Assembly: GCA_963811105.1 (NCBI GenBank)
Contig: CAWEPZ010000011.1
Location: 192,001-256,000, forward strand
Direction: 5' to 3'
DNA length: 64,000 nucleotides
Origin: Candidatus Bathyarchaeota archaeon
GTDB lineage: Archaea; Thermoproteota; Bathyarchaeia; Bathyarchaeales; Bathycorpusculaceae
A program made the position numbers and the translations under genes. A model generated the notes under the pieces. The model made no database searches. It had not been told where the DNA came from and saw only the letters and a list, made by a program, of their open reading frames with translations. Of this stretch, positions 41,615 to 51,098 are shown in pieces. The first letter of the stretch is position 1; every line of letters starts with the position of its first letter.

Positions 41615-42280
41615 TTGAACTACAAAGAACCAGCCATAATTGAGCACTTAGCATTTCTTTCAGTAAAATACTGTGTTTACCTGTCAGAACTCTATCAAGC
41701 ACTAGTTTCTGCAAGAGTAAACGAAAAAGCTACATGTGAAGACCTTACAGTTGAATACCGAGGCACCATAAAACACCAAGTTATATTTCTAATCACAAAA
41801 GGCAGCGCCGTCCTTGTGCAGTTTCGCGTTGCCGAAGAATTTCTCCAGAGAAAAAATATAAGCTTTGAAAGCTGGCTAGATACGGACAAAATACGTAGAC
41901 AATTAGCTAGACAAAACACTACACCTGATTCAACATCAATCAAAAACTTGAGGCATGGAATGAAAAAGGTTACGGTGAAGGGAGAAGTACTCGAAACTCA
42001 AAAACCCCAACTAATCCATACCCAATATGGAAACAGCGTTATGCTTACCAATGTTTGGATTTCAGATGAAACGGGAAAAGTCAAGCTTTGCCTTTGGGGA
42101 GAACAATTAAACTCTCTTGTCCCTGGCGATATAGTGCAAGTTACGCATGGGTCGGTAAGAACGTTCAAAGGAGAAAGACAATTAAGCATTGGAACCCGAG
42201 GAACAGTCAACGTATTGCAGGGAAACACCGCTGGAGATCAAAGAAGAATTTCCCAGAAAACAACTGTTACATTAGACTAA
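41615..42280 (+). CDS. OB-fold ssDNA-binding protein with N-terminal extra domain
   Basis: C-terminal IKNLRHGMKKVTVKGEV...ISDETGKVKLCLWGEQ...GDIVQV...FKGERQLSIG. Confidence 0.82.
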   Translation: MNYKEPAIIEHLAFLSVKYCVYLSELYQALVSARVNEKATCEDLTVEYRGTIKHQVIFLITKGSAVLVQFRVAEEFLQRKNISFESWLDTDKIRRQLARQNTTPDSTSIKNLRHGMKKVTVKGEVLETQKPQLIHTQYGNSVMLTNVWISDETGKVKLCLWGEQLNSLVPGDIVQVTHGSVRTFKGERQLSIGTRGTVNVLQGNTAGDQRRISQKTTVTLD

Positions 42281-42361
42281 ATTCACAATTCTTTAAAATA
42301 GAGCCAAAATAATGTTAGAAGACACTATCAAATGCTTTAGCAATTGGTGTTGATTTTGATA

Positions 42362-42540
42362 GAAGAAGAACAACAATCCGGTGCTATGGGAAGTTATTGT
42401 TCTTCTTCGAAAGAAATAGGACACAGTGTTCACTCCCCATGATCCTTCTTCTTCAAAGCTTGTGAAAGAAGAAGAAACTTACCGGGGTGTACACACTTCT
42501 TCCACTAGGAATACATCTAAGAAGCGTCTTTACTCAGACG
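42362..42540. repeat. Cluster of inverted repeats built on GAAGAA/TTCTTC units
   Basis: GAAGAAGAACAA/TTGTTCTTCTTC, CTTCTTCTTCA/TGAAAGAAGAAG, AGTGTTCACTCC/GGGGTGTACACACT, CGTCT/AGACG. Confidence 0.55.
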
Positions 42541-42636
42541 AAATAATCATGAACAGATACCAATTATTTTTTTTTCATTGATCAAGGATAAAGGTTATCT
42601 AATTCTAAAACCAACAGGTAGCACGGTGATTATATT

Positions 42637-43434
42637 ATGGAGTGGGGAATGAAAAACAGGTTAAGTAGACTTATCCAGAAAGATGGGAAAGCTCTCTTTT
42701 TACCCGTTGACCACGGCTACTTCCAAGGTCCAACGCATGGCCTTGAGAAGCCCGAGGATACAATCAAGCCAATCTACCAATACGCAGACGCAATCATGCT
42801 AACACGCGGTGTGCTTCGCAACTGCATTGATCCAGCAATCGAAAAGCCAATCATCTTGCGAGTTTCAGGAGCAGTAACCGTAGTAGGCGAAGACCTAGCA
42901 AATGAAAGCATAGTTACATCAATTCAGGAAATTCTGCGATTAAACGTCAGTGCAGTTTCAATGTCTGTTTTTGCAGGAACAAAATACGAGAACAAAAGCC
43001 TTAGCAACTTAGCCAAACTTGTTGATGAATGCGAAGATTATGGCGTTCCTGTTATGGCTGTTACCGCGGTTGGAAAAGAACTTGAAAAGAGAGAAGCACG
43101 TTATTTAGCGTTAGTTGCACGAGTTTCAGCTGAAATCGGAGCAAGAGTAGTAAAAACCTATTATTGCAAAGAAAACTTTGAGAAAGTCGTTGATGGATGT
43201 CCAGTACCAGTTGTTATGGCAGGTGGACCAAAAGCTGAAACTCAAAAAGAAGTTTTCGATTTCGTTTACGATGGTATGCAGAAGGGCGCTATAGGTGTTA
43301 ATTTGGGAAGGAACGTTTGGCAAACCGAGAACCCTGTAGCCGCAATAAGGGGACTCCGAGCCATTGTCCACGAAAACTTCACGCCTCAAGAAGCCTTAGA
43401 TCTGTTCAATCAAGTGAAAGCAGGCAAAGCCTAA
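42637..43434 (+). CDS. lsrF: LsrF-type thiolase / class I aldolase family
   Basis: MEWGMKNRLSR, DHGYFQGP, TRGVLR, MAVTAVGKE, VKTYYC, CPVPVVMAGGPK, GRNVWQ. Confidence 0.88.
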   Translation: MEWGMKNRLSRLIQKDGKALFLPVDHGYFQGPTHGLEKPEDTIKPIYQYADAIMLTRGVLRNCIDPAIEKPIILRVSGAVTVVGEDLANESIVTSIQEILRLNVSAVSMSVFAGTKYENKSLSNLAKLVDECEDYGVPVMAVTAVGKELEKREARYLALVARVSAEIGARVVKTYYCKENFEKVVDGCPVPVVMAGGPKAETQKEVFDFVYDGMQKGAIGVNLGRNVWQTENPVAAIRGLRAIVHENFTPQEALDLFNQVKAGKA

Positions 43435-43443
43435 GCTCACCCT

Positions 43444-44484
43444 TTGGTGAATCTGTTGCAGGTCGCCGTCTATTATAATAACCATGACGTTCGAATCCAA
43501 GAAGTGCCCATCCCTCAAATCGGCGATGAGGAGGCTTTGTTGAAGGTTATGGCGAGCGGCATTTGCGGCAGCGATGTTAACGAGTGGTATCGTGTTCCTA
43601 AAGCCCCGATTGTTTTAGGTCATGAAGCATCAGGAGTCATAGAGAAAGTTGGCAGCAAAGTCAGTAGCATTAAGGTGGGTGACAGAGTTTTTGTTTCTCA
43701 TCATGTGCCTTGTTACCAATGTCGTTATTGCAAAAGAGGCATTCACACCGCGTGCCACACATTGCATACAACAAATTATTTTCCAGGCGGCTTCTCACAG
43801 TACATTAGGATACCAAAAATCAACATTGAATTTGGAATCTACAAACTGCCAGATGACATGTCTTTTGAAGAAGGCACATTCATCGAGCCATTAGCATGCG
43901 TCTCGCGGGGGCAACGCTTGGCAGGCTTGCAAGAAAACGATACTGTTCTGATTATCGGCGGGGGCATTGCTGGAATTCTGCATACGCAACTTGCTCACTT
44001 CAAAGGCGTAGAAAACGTAATTGTAGCTGACATTAACCCATACCGGTTGGAGCTTGCCAGAAAATTTGGCGCAACCAATACTCTAAATGCCAAAGAGAAC
44101 CTGCCCCTTCAGTTTAAAGAAGCGAACGAGGGAAGGTTAGCTGACCAAGTTGTCGTCTGCACAGGAGCCACTTCAGCTTGCTTATCGGCGCTGGAGTGCG
44201 TTGAAAGTGGCGGAACAATCCTATTTTTTGCCGTTCCGGACCCGACTGTGAAGTTGCCAATTCCAATAACTCAGTTTTGGAGAAACGAAATTACATTGCG
44301 TACAAGCTATGGTGCGTCACCTAAAGACTTAGAGGATTCGATGAGTATCTTAGCCACAAAACGGCTCAACATAAAAGGCATGATTACTCACAGGTTGAGT
44401 TTGGGTGAGGCGCAGGAAGGTTTCAAGTTGATGACGGAGGCTGGACAATCTTTGAAGGTTATTCTGGAACCTAATCGCCCGTAA
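43444..44484 (+). CDS. Zinc-dependent medium-chain dehydrogenase (sorbitol/iditol DH-like)
   Basis: GICGSD, GHE, CxxCxxC...C, IIGGGIAG. Confidence 0.9.
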   Translation: MVNLLQVAVYYNNHDVRIQEVPIPQIGDEEALLKVMASGICGSDVNEWYRVPKAPIVLGHEASGVIEKVGSKVSSIKVGDRVFVSHHVPCYQCRYCKRGIHTACHTLHTTNYFPGGFSQYIRIPKINIEFGIYKLPDDMSFEEGTFIEPLACVSRGQRLAGLQENDTVLIIGGGIAGILHTQLAHFKGVENVIVADINPYRLELARKFGATNTLNAKENLPLQFKEANEGRLADQVVVCTGATSACLSALECVESGGTILFFAVPDPTVKLPIPITQFWRNEITLRTSYGASPKDLEDSMSILATKRLNIKGMITHRLSLGEAQEGFKLMTEAGQSLKVILEPNRP

Positions 44485-44525
44485 GTCATTAAAAGATAAA
44501 AACATAAACAGACATACAACTAGCC

Positions 44526-45140
44526 ATGCCTGACGTATTTGATGCAATTAAAGAGCGGAGAAGCGTAAGAAAATACCAGGCCAGCACTGTTGCGCCTGAT
44601 CTTGTTGAGGAAATATTGGCAGCGGCTGGCTGGGCTCCTTCAGCACATAATGCGCAACCATGGCGATTCATCATTTTAACTGACGATTCTGTCAAGCGAC
44701 TCTTGGCTGAAGCTATGGCAGAGTCATGGGTTAAAGACATGAATAAAGACGGAATAAACGTTGACTCGAACACTCGGCAGGTTAGAGTCGATAGATTCGC
44801 AACCGCACCCATAATTATTCTTGCATGTTTAACGATGAATGGCATGAATAAATTCTCTGACGAAAAGAGACAGAGGGTTGAGATGGATTTAGCAATGCAA
44901 AGTTTTGGTGCAGCTATGCAAAACATGTTTTTAGCGGCGCAGGCGAAGGGTTTGGGTGCATGCTGGTTTTGCGCACCTGGTTTTTGTAAGGAAACTGTTA
45001 GAAAGGTATTGAAAATTCCCAAGGATGTCGACCCTGAAGCACTTGTTATAATGGGCTATCCAGCAGAGAAACCGCACGTGCCAACGAGAAAACCATTACG
45101 CGATTTTTGTTTTAAAAACAAGTGGGGGCTTAGACTCTAA
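44526..45140 (+). CDS. Nitroreductase family protein (FbiB C-terminal-like)
   Basis: RRSVRKY, WAPSAHNAQPWRF, MQNMFLAA..GLGACWFCAP. Confidence 0.88.
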   Translation: MPDVFDAIKERRSVRKYQASTVAPDLVEEILAAAGWAPSAHNAQPWRFIILTDDSVKRLLAEAMAESWVKDMNKDGINVDSNTRQVRVDRFATAPIIILACLTMNGMNKFSDEKRQRVEMDLAMQSFGAAMQNMFLAAQAKGLGACWFCAPGFCKETVRKVLKIPKDVDPEALVIMGYPAEKPHVPTRKPLRDFCFKNKWGLRL

Positions 45141-45475
45141 GATTTTATCATTGTTAGAAGCATTTTGAACTTTGTTTTCGCCATCAAGGCATGAGGATCG
45201 TTGGCTGGCATAATAGTAACTTCACCTTTTCTTAACTTCAGTGGTTTGCCCGATATGGTAACATCTACTTCGCCATCAAGAACATAAACCAAAGCATCAT
45301 AGGGCGCGGCATGTTCGCTTAAACCTTGATTTTCATCGAAAGCAAAAAGCGTCACAGTTCCCGTTTTCTTGTCAATTAAGGTGCGGCTTACCACAGAGCC
45401 TTCTTGATAATCGATTAAGCCTTCAAGGCTTGAGGTTTTTGCAACGAGCGATTTGGAAGAGAGTTTTTTACTCAA
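45137..45475 (-). CDS. Cupin domain protein
   Basis: TLFAFDENQGLSEH.AP, VLDGE, MPANDPHAL. Confidence 0.88.
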   Translation of the reverse strand: MSKKLSSKSLVAKTSSLEGLIDYQEGSVVSRTLIDKKTGTVTLFAFDENQGLSEHAAPYDALVYVLDGEVDVTISGKPLKLRKGEVTIMPANDPHALMAKTKFKMLLTMIKS

Positions 45476-45873
45476 AGTTTTGCCTCGGTGTATTGCTTGT
45501 CAGGAATAAAATCCATAGAAATCGAGTTTACGCAGTGCCGAGTATTCTTCTCCGTAAAATGTTCACCCATAAATACATGGCCTAAATGGGCGCCGCAGCC
45601 AGCACATTGGATTTCAGTTCGCATTCCATCAGGGTCAGGAAGCTGTTTAACGGCGCCTGGAATTTCCTCGTCAAAGCTGGGCCATCCGCAGTTTGCTTCA
45701 AACTTTTTTTCTGACCTGTAAAGTTGGGCTCCACACCTTTTGCAGACGTAGGTGCCTTTTTGCCAAAAAGCGAAGTATTTACCTGTGAAAGGCATTTCTG
45801 TACCCTTATCCTCGATGACATGCTTCTCTTCTGGAGTAAGCTGCTTAGTGGTATCTCTTTGAGAAGTGGACAT
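45472..45873 (-). CDS. msrB: Peptide-methionine (R)-S-oxide reductase
   Basis: GTE.PFTG, CKRCG, GWPSF, RTEIQCAGCGAHLGHVF, RHCVNS. Confidence 0.95.
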   Translation of the reverse strand: MSTSQRDTTKQLTPEEKHVIEDKGTEMPFTGKYFAFWQKGTYVCKRCGAQLYRSEKKFEANCGWPSFDEEIPGAVKQLPDPDGMRTEIQCAGCGAHLGHVFMGEHFTEKNTRHCVNSISMDFIPDKQYTEAKL

Positions 45874-45979
45874 AATTACCAATTTAACTATGTTTTTGCG
45901 ACCTAAAAAGCATTCTGTCCGAGTGGTGCCGATAAACAAATATAAGCTAAGCTGAATTATTTATTATTGAGGTTCTTCT

Positions 45980-46261
45980 ATGGTTGAAATAAGTAGATTA
46001 TTCTGGAAAAAGGCATTCACTTCGGACAATTTTTTACTTGGCGATGTTGAAAGCGCAGAGTTGGATATGAATACTTGGCAGATTACTAATTTTTTTATTG
46101 GCTTAAGCGATGACGCCGCAAAAAAACTAGGATTCAGGAGACCTTTTCTTGGTAGAGTAGTGATTTGTTTGCCTGTTTCTGCTATCAAAACGTTCCAAGA
46201 CACGGCCATCCTTAACAAAACGAGTGCGGAGCTCCAAGATCTTAAAGAATGCAAAGAATAA
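45980..46261 (+). CDS. PRC-barrel domain protein
   Basis: L..KKAFTSD..LLGDVESAELD..TWQI...LPVSAIK...D.AIL. Confidence 0.78.
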   Translation: MVEISRLFWKKAFTSDNFLLGDVESAELDMNTWQITNFFIGLSDDAAKKLGFRRPFLGRVVICLPVSAIKTFQDTAILNKTSAELQDLKECKE

Positions 46262-46456
46262 TCGTTGCAGATTAATAATGGTCAATTAGAAATTTACTTT
46301 TTTTTCTTAATTCGTATTCTTATATGTAGCAATAGTTATGCCAGCTGCTCATCCCCACCACAGGTGCTTGTTCACTTTCACCCAGCCCTCCACTGCCCCA
46401 ATTAGTCCCATTGTTCGGTTGTTTTAAATAGCCCAAACATACATCATCCATCAAAT

Positions 46457-47521
46457 GTGAACGTAATGAACGAAGACGAAGATGCCCAAACCCAAAAAGA
46501 AGCAGAAGCAACGGAAGAAGATGAATCAGAAAAGCAGCCAAAATATGAGTTCATAGAAGACCTGCCCGGAGTAGGTCCAGCCACAGCTCAAAAACTCAGA
46601 GAGCTCGGCTACCACACGGTAGAATCTTTAGCTATGGCAACATCGCGAGAACTTGACCCTGTAGGAGTAAGTGAGAAGAAAGCCTTCCAAATTATTGAAG
46701 CTGCTCGATCAGCAATCGGGATATCTTTCGTCCGAGCGGATGAACTTTTTAAGAGACGCAAAACTGTCTTGCGGCTAAGCACAGGCAGCAAAGCCATAGA
46801 TAAAATTGTTGATGGCGGTTTAGAAACTCAAACCATAACGGAGTTTTACGGGGAATATGGTAGTGGAAAAAGCCAGATATGCCATCAGCTATGCGTCAAT
46901 GTTCAGTTGCCTCCAGAACGAGGCGGATTAAACGGCGCAGCCCTTTACGTTGATACAGAAAACACTTTCAGGCTTGAACGTATAGTGCAGATGTCTAAGT
47001 TTTTAGGATTAGATCCTGAACAAGTTGTGAAAAACATCATCTATGCGGAAGCATACACTTCAGATCATCAAATGTTTCTTCTTGAAAACGCAGATGAAAT
47101 AATCAAAGCAAACAACGTGAAATTAATAATTGTAGATTCATTAACTGCACATTTCCGAAGTGAATACCTTGGAAGAGAAATGTTAGCTTCAAGACAGCAG
47201 AAACTTAACAAGCACATGCACAAGCTAATCGGTTTAGCCCGAGCGTTCAATGCTGTAGCAGTTGTAACTAACCAAGTGATGGCTAAGCCAGACCAATTCT
47301 TTGGCGACGCAATTCACCCAATCGGCGGAAACATTGTTGGCCATACAAGCCACACACGTATCTATTTGCGAAGGGCGCCACATGGACCTATACGTATTGC
47401 TAGGTTAGTCTCAAGTCCGTATTTGCCGGAGGGAGAGGAAATCCTTAAAGTAACCGAGAACGGAATAGAGGATGTCTCTGAAGAAGAAAAAGCAGAGAAA
47501 GCAAGCAAAAGTCGGCGTTAA
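46457..47521 (+). CDS. radA: DNA repair and recombination protein RadA
   Basis: DLPGVGP HhH, GEYGSGKSQ, DTENTFR, IVDSL..HFRSEY.GR, PIGGNIVGH. Confidence 0.97.
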   Translation: MNVMNEDEDAQTQKEAEATEEDESEKQPKYEFIEDLPGVGPATAQKLRELGYHTVESLAMATSRELDPVGVSEKKAFQIIEAARSAIGISFVRADELFKRRKTVLRLSTGSKAIDKIVDGGLETQTITEFYGEYGSGKSQICHQLCVNVQLPPERGGLNGAALYVDTENTFRLERIVQMSKFLGLDPEQVVKNIIYAEAYTSDHQMFLLENADEIIKANNVKLIIVDSLTAHFRSEYLGREMLASRQQKLNKHMHKLIGLARAFNAVAVVTNQVMAKPDQFFGDAIHPIGGNIVGHTSHTRIYLRRAPHGPIRIARLVSSPYLPEGEEILKVTENGIEDVSEEEKAEKASKSRR

Positions 47522-47523
47522 AT

Positions 47524-47991
47524 ATGCCTATACCCCAAGCCTTGGTTTCACGGTATTTCCAACTTTTGGTTAGCAGGCAATTCACTGAAGCCGAGCGAGA
47601 GTTGGAAAAAGTCAAGCAGAAAATGCAGAAAACAGATTGGAACAGAGGTTATTTCAGAGCATTGTATGGGATGTTTCTATCACGCAAAAATGCGGCAAGC
47701 GACGATTATGCATTCTTTGCCAAATTGGACTTGAGCGACAAGGTAGCATTGACGTCTTATAAAAAAGAATTTCTTAACCACGTTGGCAACGGTTTGCACG
47801 GTGATTTTGATCGCGGATACTTTTCAGCTTGGGCAGAGTGTATGCGCGTCCTAACACGCATGGATATTCCAGGCTCGCAAAGCAGCAATGGAAAGGCGGC
47901 TGAAGAAGAAAAAATAGAGACTCTTAAAAGTGATAGGAGTCAAGCTACTATTGCTAATTTTTTGAACAAACCTAAAACTGATGAAGAATAA
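47524..47991 (+). CDS. Hypothetical protein downstream of radA
   Basis: 155 aa with two W/F.RGYF repeats (WNRGYFRAL, FDRGYFSAW). Confidence 0.75.
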   Translation: MPIPQALVSRYFQLLVSRQFTEAERELEKVKQKMQKTDWNRGYFRALYGMFLSRKNAASDDYAFFAKLDLSDKVALTSYKKEFLNHVGNGLHGDFDRGYFSAWAECMRVLTRMDIPGSQSSNGKAAEEEKIETLKSDRSQATIANFLNKPKTDEE

Positions 47992-48007
47992 TTCTTTAAT
48001 CTATAGG

Positions 48008-48298
48008 TTATGCGATTCTTATAATTGTATAAAATAGGATGAAGAAGGGTAACCATACCATGAAGTACATGAATATAGCTGTACTGAGGATTTTTGATTG
48101 TTTTTCTACTTTGTTTTTGTATACTGCTCTTAAAGGGTAGTAGGATGCTAAGTAAACTACGAGTGCTATTGTTATACAATCAACAAGTATGCTGAGGTCG
48201 TTTGCGGTGCCCAGATAAAAACCTACGACTGCACTTAAAAAGCCTGCAACTAAGGCTAATGCGACACGTATCCAGTAAAGTTGTACTAACGGAGTCAT
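48008..48298 (-). CDS. Three-TM membrane protein, EMC6/Rab5ip-like
   Basis: LYWIRVALALVAGFLS...YFMVWLPFFILFYT pattern; 96 aa. Confidence 0.6.
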   Translation of the reverse strand: MTPLVQLYWIRVALALVAGFLSAVVGFYLGTANDLSILVDCITIALVVYLASYYPLRAVYKNKVEKQSKILSTAIFMYFMVWLPFFILFYTIIRIA

Positions 48299-48473
48299 CT
48301 TAAACGAAATCCTTGGGTGAGTATATTTTATTCTTACTTAAAAAACATGCCTAGATATTAACAGTTTCTGCTTTTCAAAAATCAATTCAGACCCAACTTA
48401 ACTGTTTTTAGGTGAAAGAGTTATTTCATAGTCAAGCCTCTCTATAGAATCCGACTTATGTTGGGTGTAGGAA

Positions 48474-50531
48474 TTGCACAAGAAAGAAATTACAAGCTTC
48501 GACATCGCAGCAGCAATCAGTGAGCTAAAGGGCACAATTACTGATTCCAGAGTTAACAACATCTATCAACTTGATGAAAAAACGTTAGTTTTCAAACTTC
48601 ACAAAACAGACACGTCACCAATACGGCTTGTAATGGAAGCAGGTAGAAGATTACACACCACTAGTTATGCCGAAGAAAATCCCGCTGAACCTCCAGCATT
48701 CTGTATGGCGCTTAGAAAATACCTACGAAATGCCTGGGTAAGTGGTATTGACCAACATGAGTTTGAAAGGATTATAACAGTTACCTTTGGGACAAAAACT
48801 GGTATGTTAAAGCTGGTTTTAGAGCTTTTCGGCGAAGGTAACATCATACTAACAAACGAGCAAAATGTAATTATTCACGCTTTAATCTACAAAAAAATGC
48901 GTGACCGCGACATTCTGCACAACGTAGTTCTTCAGCTTCCGCCTTCAATTAGCAAAAACCCCTTCAAAATAACTATAGAGGAACTGGAGGAAGCCCTCAA
49001 AAACACAGGTGAAACTGAGGTTGTTAGGTCAATAGCACGTTTCTTAGGAGTTGGAGGAGTTTATGCTGAAGAAATTCTTCTCAGATCGGGCGTGGAAAAA
49101 ACCAAGCACTGTAGCACCTTGACAACGGTTGAAGGTAAACGCATTTTTGAAGCGCTTCAAGGTTTGCTCTCAACTATTTCAAACAAACGTTTGGAGCCAT
49201 GCATTGTTCTGAGCGAAGATGGAGATTTCTTGGATGTCGTACCGTTCACACTTAGGCGTTATGAAGGCTACAAAACACAGGAATACAACTCTTTCAATCA
49301 GGCTTTAGATGAGTTTTACCTAAGGGTAACAGTTGCGGAAAGAGCTGTTAACGCTGTTGAAGTTGATAAGATAAAAAAAGAAGCTGAACGTCTTAGACGG
49401 TTGGTTGCCGACCAAGAAAAATCTATAAAAGAAGACACAACCAAGGCGCAGCGGGACAAACTAATCGGCGACACAATTTACGCTCACTTCAGCGAACTAC
49501 AAACATTCAAAGACCAACTTCTAAAAGCCAACGAACAAGGAAAGGAGTGGAATACGATAATTACTGAGGCCTTAGCTACCAAGAAAACGGGCAAAATTCC
49601 TGAAGCTTATATTGAATCGTTTGATGGCAAAAATCTTGCATTGAATCTTTGTATGGACAACCTTCATTTTAGCTTCAGCTTGAGAGATTCACTTTTTGAT
49701 AATGCCAATGTGTATTATGAACGAGGAAAAAAAGCTAAACAAAAATCTGCTGGGGCATTGACAGCGCTGACGGACTCAAAGAAAAAATTGGCGAAAATAG
49801 AGCGTGAACTGCTCGAAGCAGAGAATCTCAAGAGTCTTAAGCCGGCGGAAATTATTGAAGCGCTCTCAAAACGTAAGGCGGAGATGGAAAATAGGGAGTG
49901 GTATGAAAAATTCCGTTGGTTTACCAGTTCCGACGGCTTCTTGGTGGTGGCGGGCAAAGATACTGTGAGCAACGAAGTGCTAGTTAAGAAGTATACAACG
50001 CAGGAGGATGTTGTTTTTCACGCTGAAATCACTGGGGCACCTTTCGTAGTTGTCAAAGCTGAAGGCAAAACCATAAGCGAGCAAACACTCCGCGAAGCAG
50101 GCGAGTATGCGGCATCTTTTTCAAGGGCATGGAGAGAAAACGCAGGTTCAACCGACGTCTACTGGGTAAAGGTAGATCAGCTAAGCAAAAGTGGTCCTTC
50201 AGGAGAATCAGTTCCGCATGGAGCCTTCTTTGTTGTTGGCAAACGAAATTGGACACGAAACGTGCTGCTTAGAACTGCAGTCGGCATAATCATCGATGAT
50301 GAAACCGTCTTTGTTGGTGGATCCGTGGATGCAGTGAAAGCCAAAACCAAAGCATATGTTGTCCTCCTGCCTGGTGACACGCAAGGTAAAGATCTTTTAA
50401 AGCAAATCCTCAAATCACTAATGCTAAAGTTGCCCAAAGAACAAAGAGAAAAAGCCGGCAAGACATCCATTGAGCAAATCAGAGAGTATGTACCCTATAC
50501 TAAGGGAGCAATAAGTCAGAAAATGAATTGA
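48474..50531 (+). CDS. rqcH: Ribosome quality-control protein Rqc2/RqcH (NFACT family)
   Basis: PPAFCMALRKYL, ERII, ELFGEGNIIL, WYEKFRWF.SSDGFLVVAGKD, FHAEITGAP. Confidence 0.93.
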   Translation: MHKKEITSFDIAAAISELKGTITDSRVNNIYQLDEKTLVFKLHKTDTSPIRLVMEAGRRLHTTSYAEENPAEPPAFCMALRKYLRNAWVSGIDQHEFERIITVTFGTKTGMLKLVLELFGEGNIILTNEQNVIIHALIYKKMRDRDILHNVVLQLPPSISKNPFKITIEELEEALKNTGETEVVRSIARFLGVGGVYAEEILLRSGVEKTKHCSTLTTVEGKRIFEALQGLLSTISNKRLEPCIVLSEDGDFLDVVPFTLRRYEGYKTQEYNSFNQALDEFYLRVTVAERAVNAVEVDKIKKEAERLRRLVADQEKSIKEDTTKAQRDKLIGDTIYAHFSELQTFKDQLLKANEQGKEWNTIITEALATKKTGKIPEAYIESFDGKNLALNLCMDNLHFSFSLRDSLFDNANVYYERGKKAKQKSAGALTALTDSKKKLAKIERELLEAENLKSLKPAEIIEALSKRKAEMENREWYEKFRWFTSSDGFLVVAGKDTVSNEVLVKKYTTQEDVVFHAEITGAPFVVVKAEGKTISEQTLREAGEYAASFSRAWRENAGSTDVYWVKVDQLSKSGPSGESVPHGAFFVVGKRNWTRNVLLRTAVGIIIDDETVFVGGSVDAVKAKTKAYVVLLPGDTQGKDLLKQILKSLMLKLPKEQREKAGKTSIEQIREYVPYTKGAISQKMN

Positions 50532-50587
50532 ATAACAAAACTCAATTAGAAAATGAGAGCGCTGTAAAAAACGCTAAGATCTGGGGT

Positions 50588-51097
50588 TTATTTTGCTTTG
50601 TTGGCTTCTGCCGTTTGGAACAGGTTCTTGACAGCTTTCTGTCGGTACTTCTGCGCCAGTGTTTCTGCAGTAACGTAGGTTAAGGCTTCTTCTGGACACC
50701 ATTTGACGCATTGTGGCTCTTTGGTTTCGTTGTCTGTGCAGCTGTTGCATGTGAACACGATTTTCTTTTCTGGGTGCATGTTCATGGCGCCGAATTGGCA
50801 AGCGCTAATACACCATCCGCAGCCGTTGCAGGCTTGTTCGTCAACACGGATTATTCCGCTGTTTTCTTCTTGGCTAAGTGCGTCTCTTGGGCAGGCAGCT
50901 ACGCATGCTGGTTCCTCGCAGTGTCTACAAGTGATTGCCATGTTTATTAATGGACCCATACGCATTGCGCGTATTCGTGACTTGGTTGGGTTGAAGGTTT
51001 TTTCGTTAACCATACTGCAAGCGTACTCGCAGACCAGGCAGCCGATACATTTTTCTGGGTCTGCTGTTACGAATTTTCTGTCTTGTGGGCGTACCAT
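50588..51097 (-). CDS. 4Fe-4S dicluster protein (AOR small subunit-like)
   Basis: CIGCLVCEYAC, CRHCEEPACVAACP, CNGCGWCISACQFG, CNSC...CVKWCP. Confidence 0.92.
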   Translation of the reverse strand: MVRPQDRKFVTADPEKCIGCLVCEYACSMVNEKTFNPTKSRIRAMRMGPLINMAITCRHCEEPACVAACPRDALSQEENSGIIRVDEQACNGCGWCISACQFGAMNMHPEKKIVFTCNSCTDNETKEPQCVKWCPEEALTYVTAETLAQKYRQKAVKNLFQTAEANKAK

Positions 51098-51098
51098 A

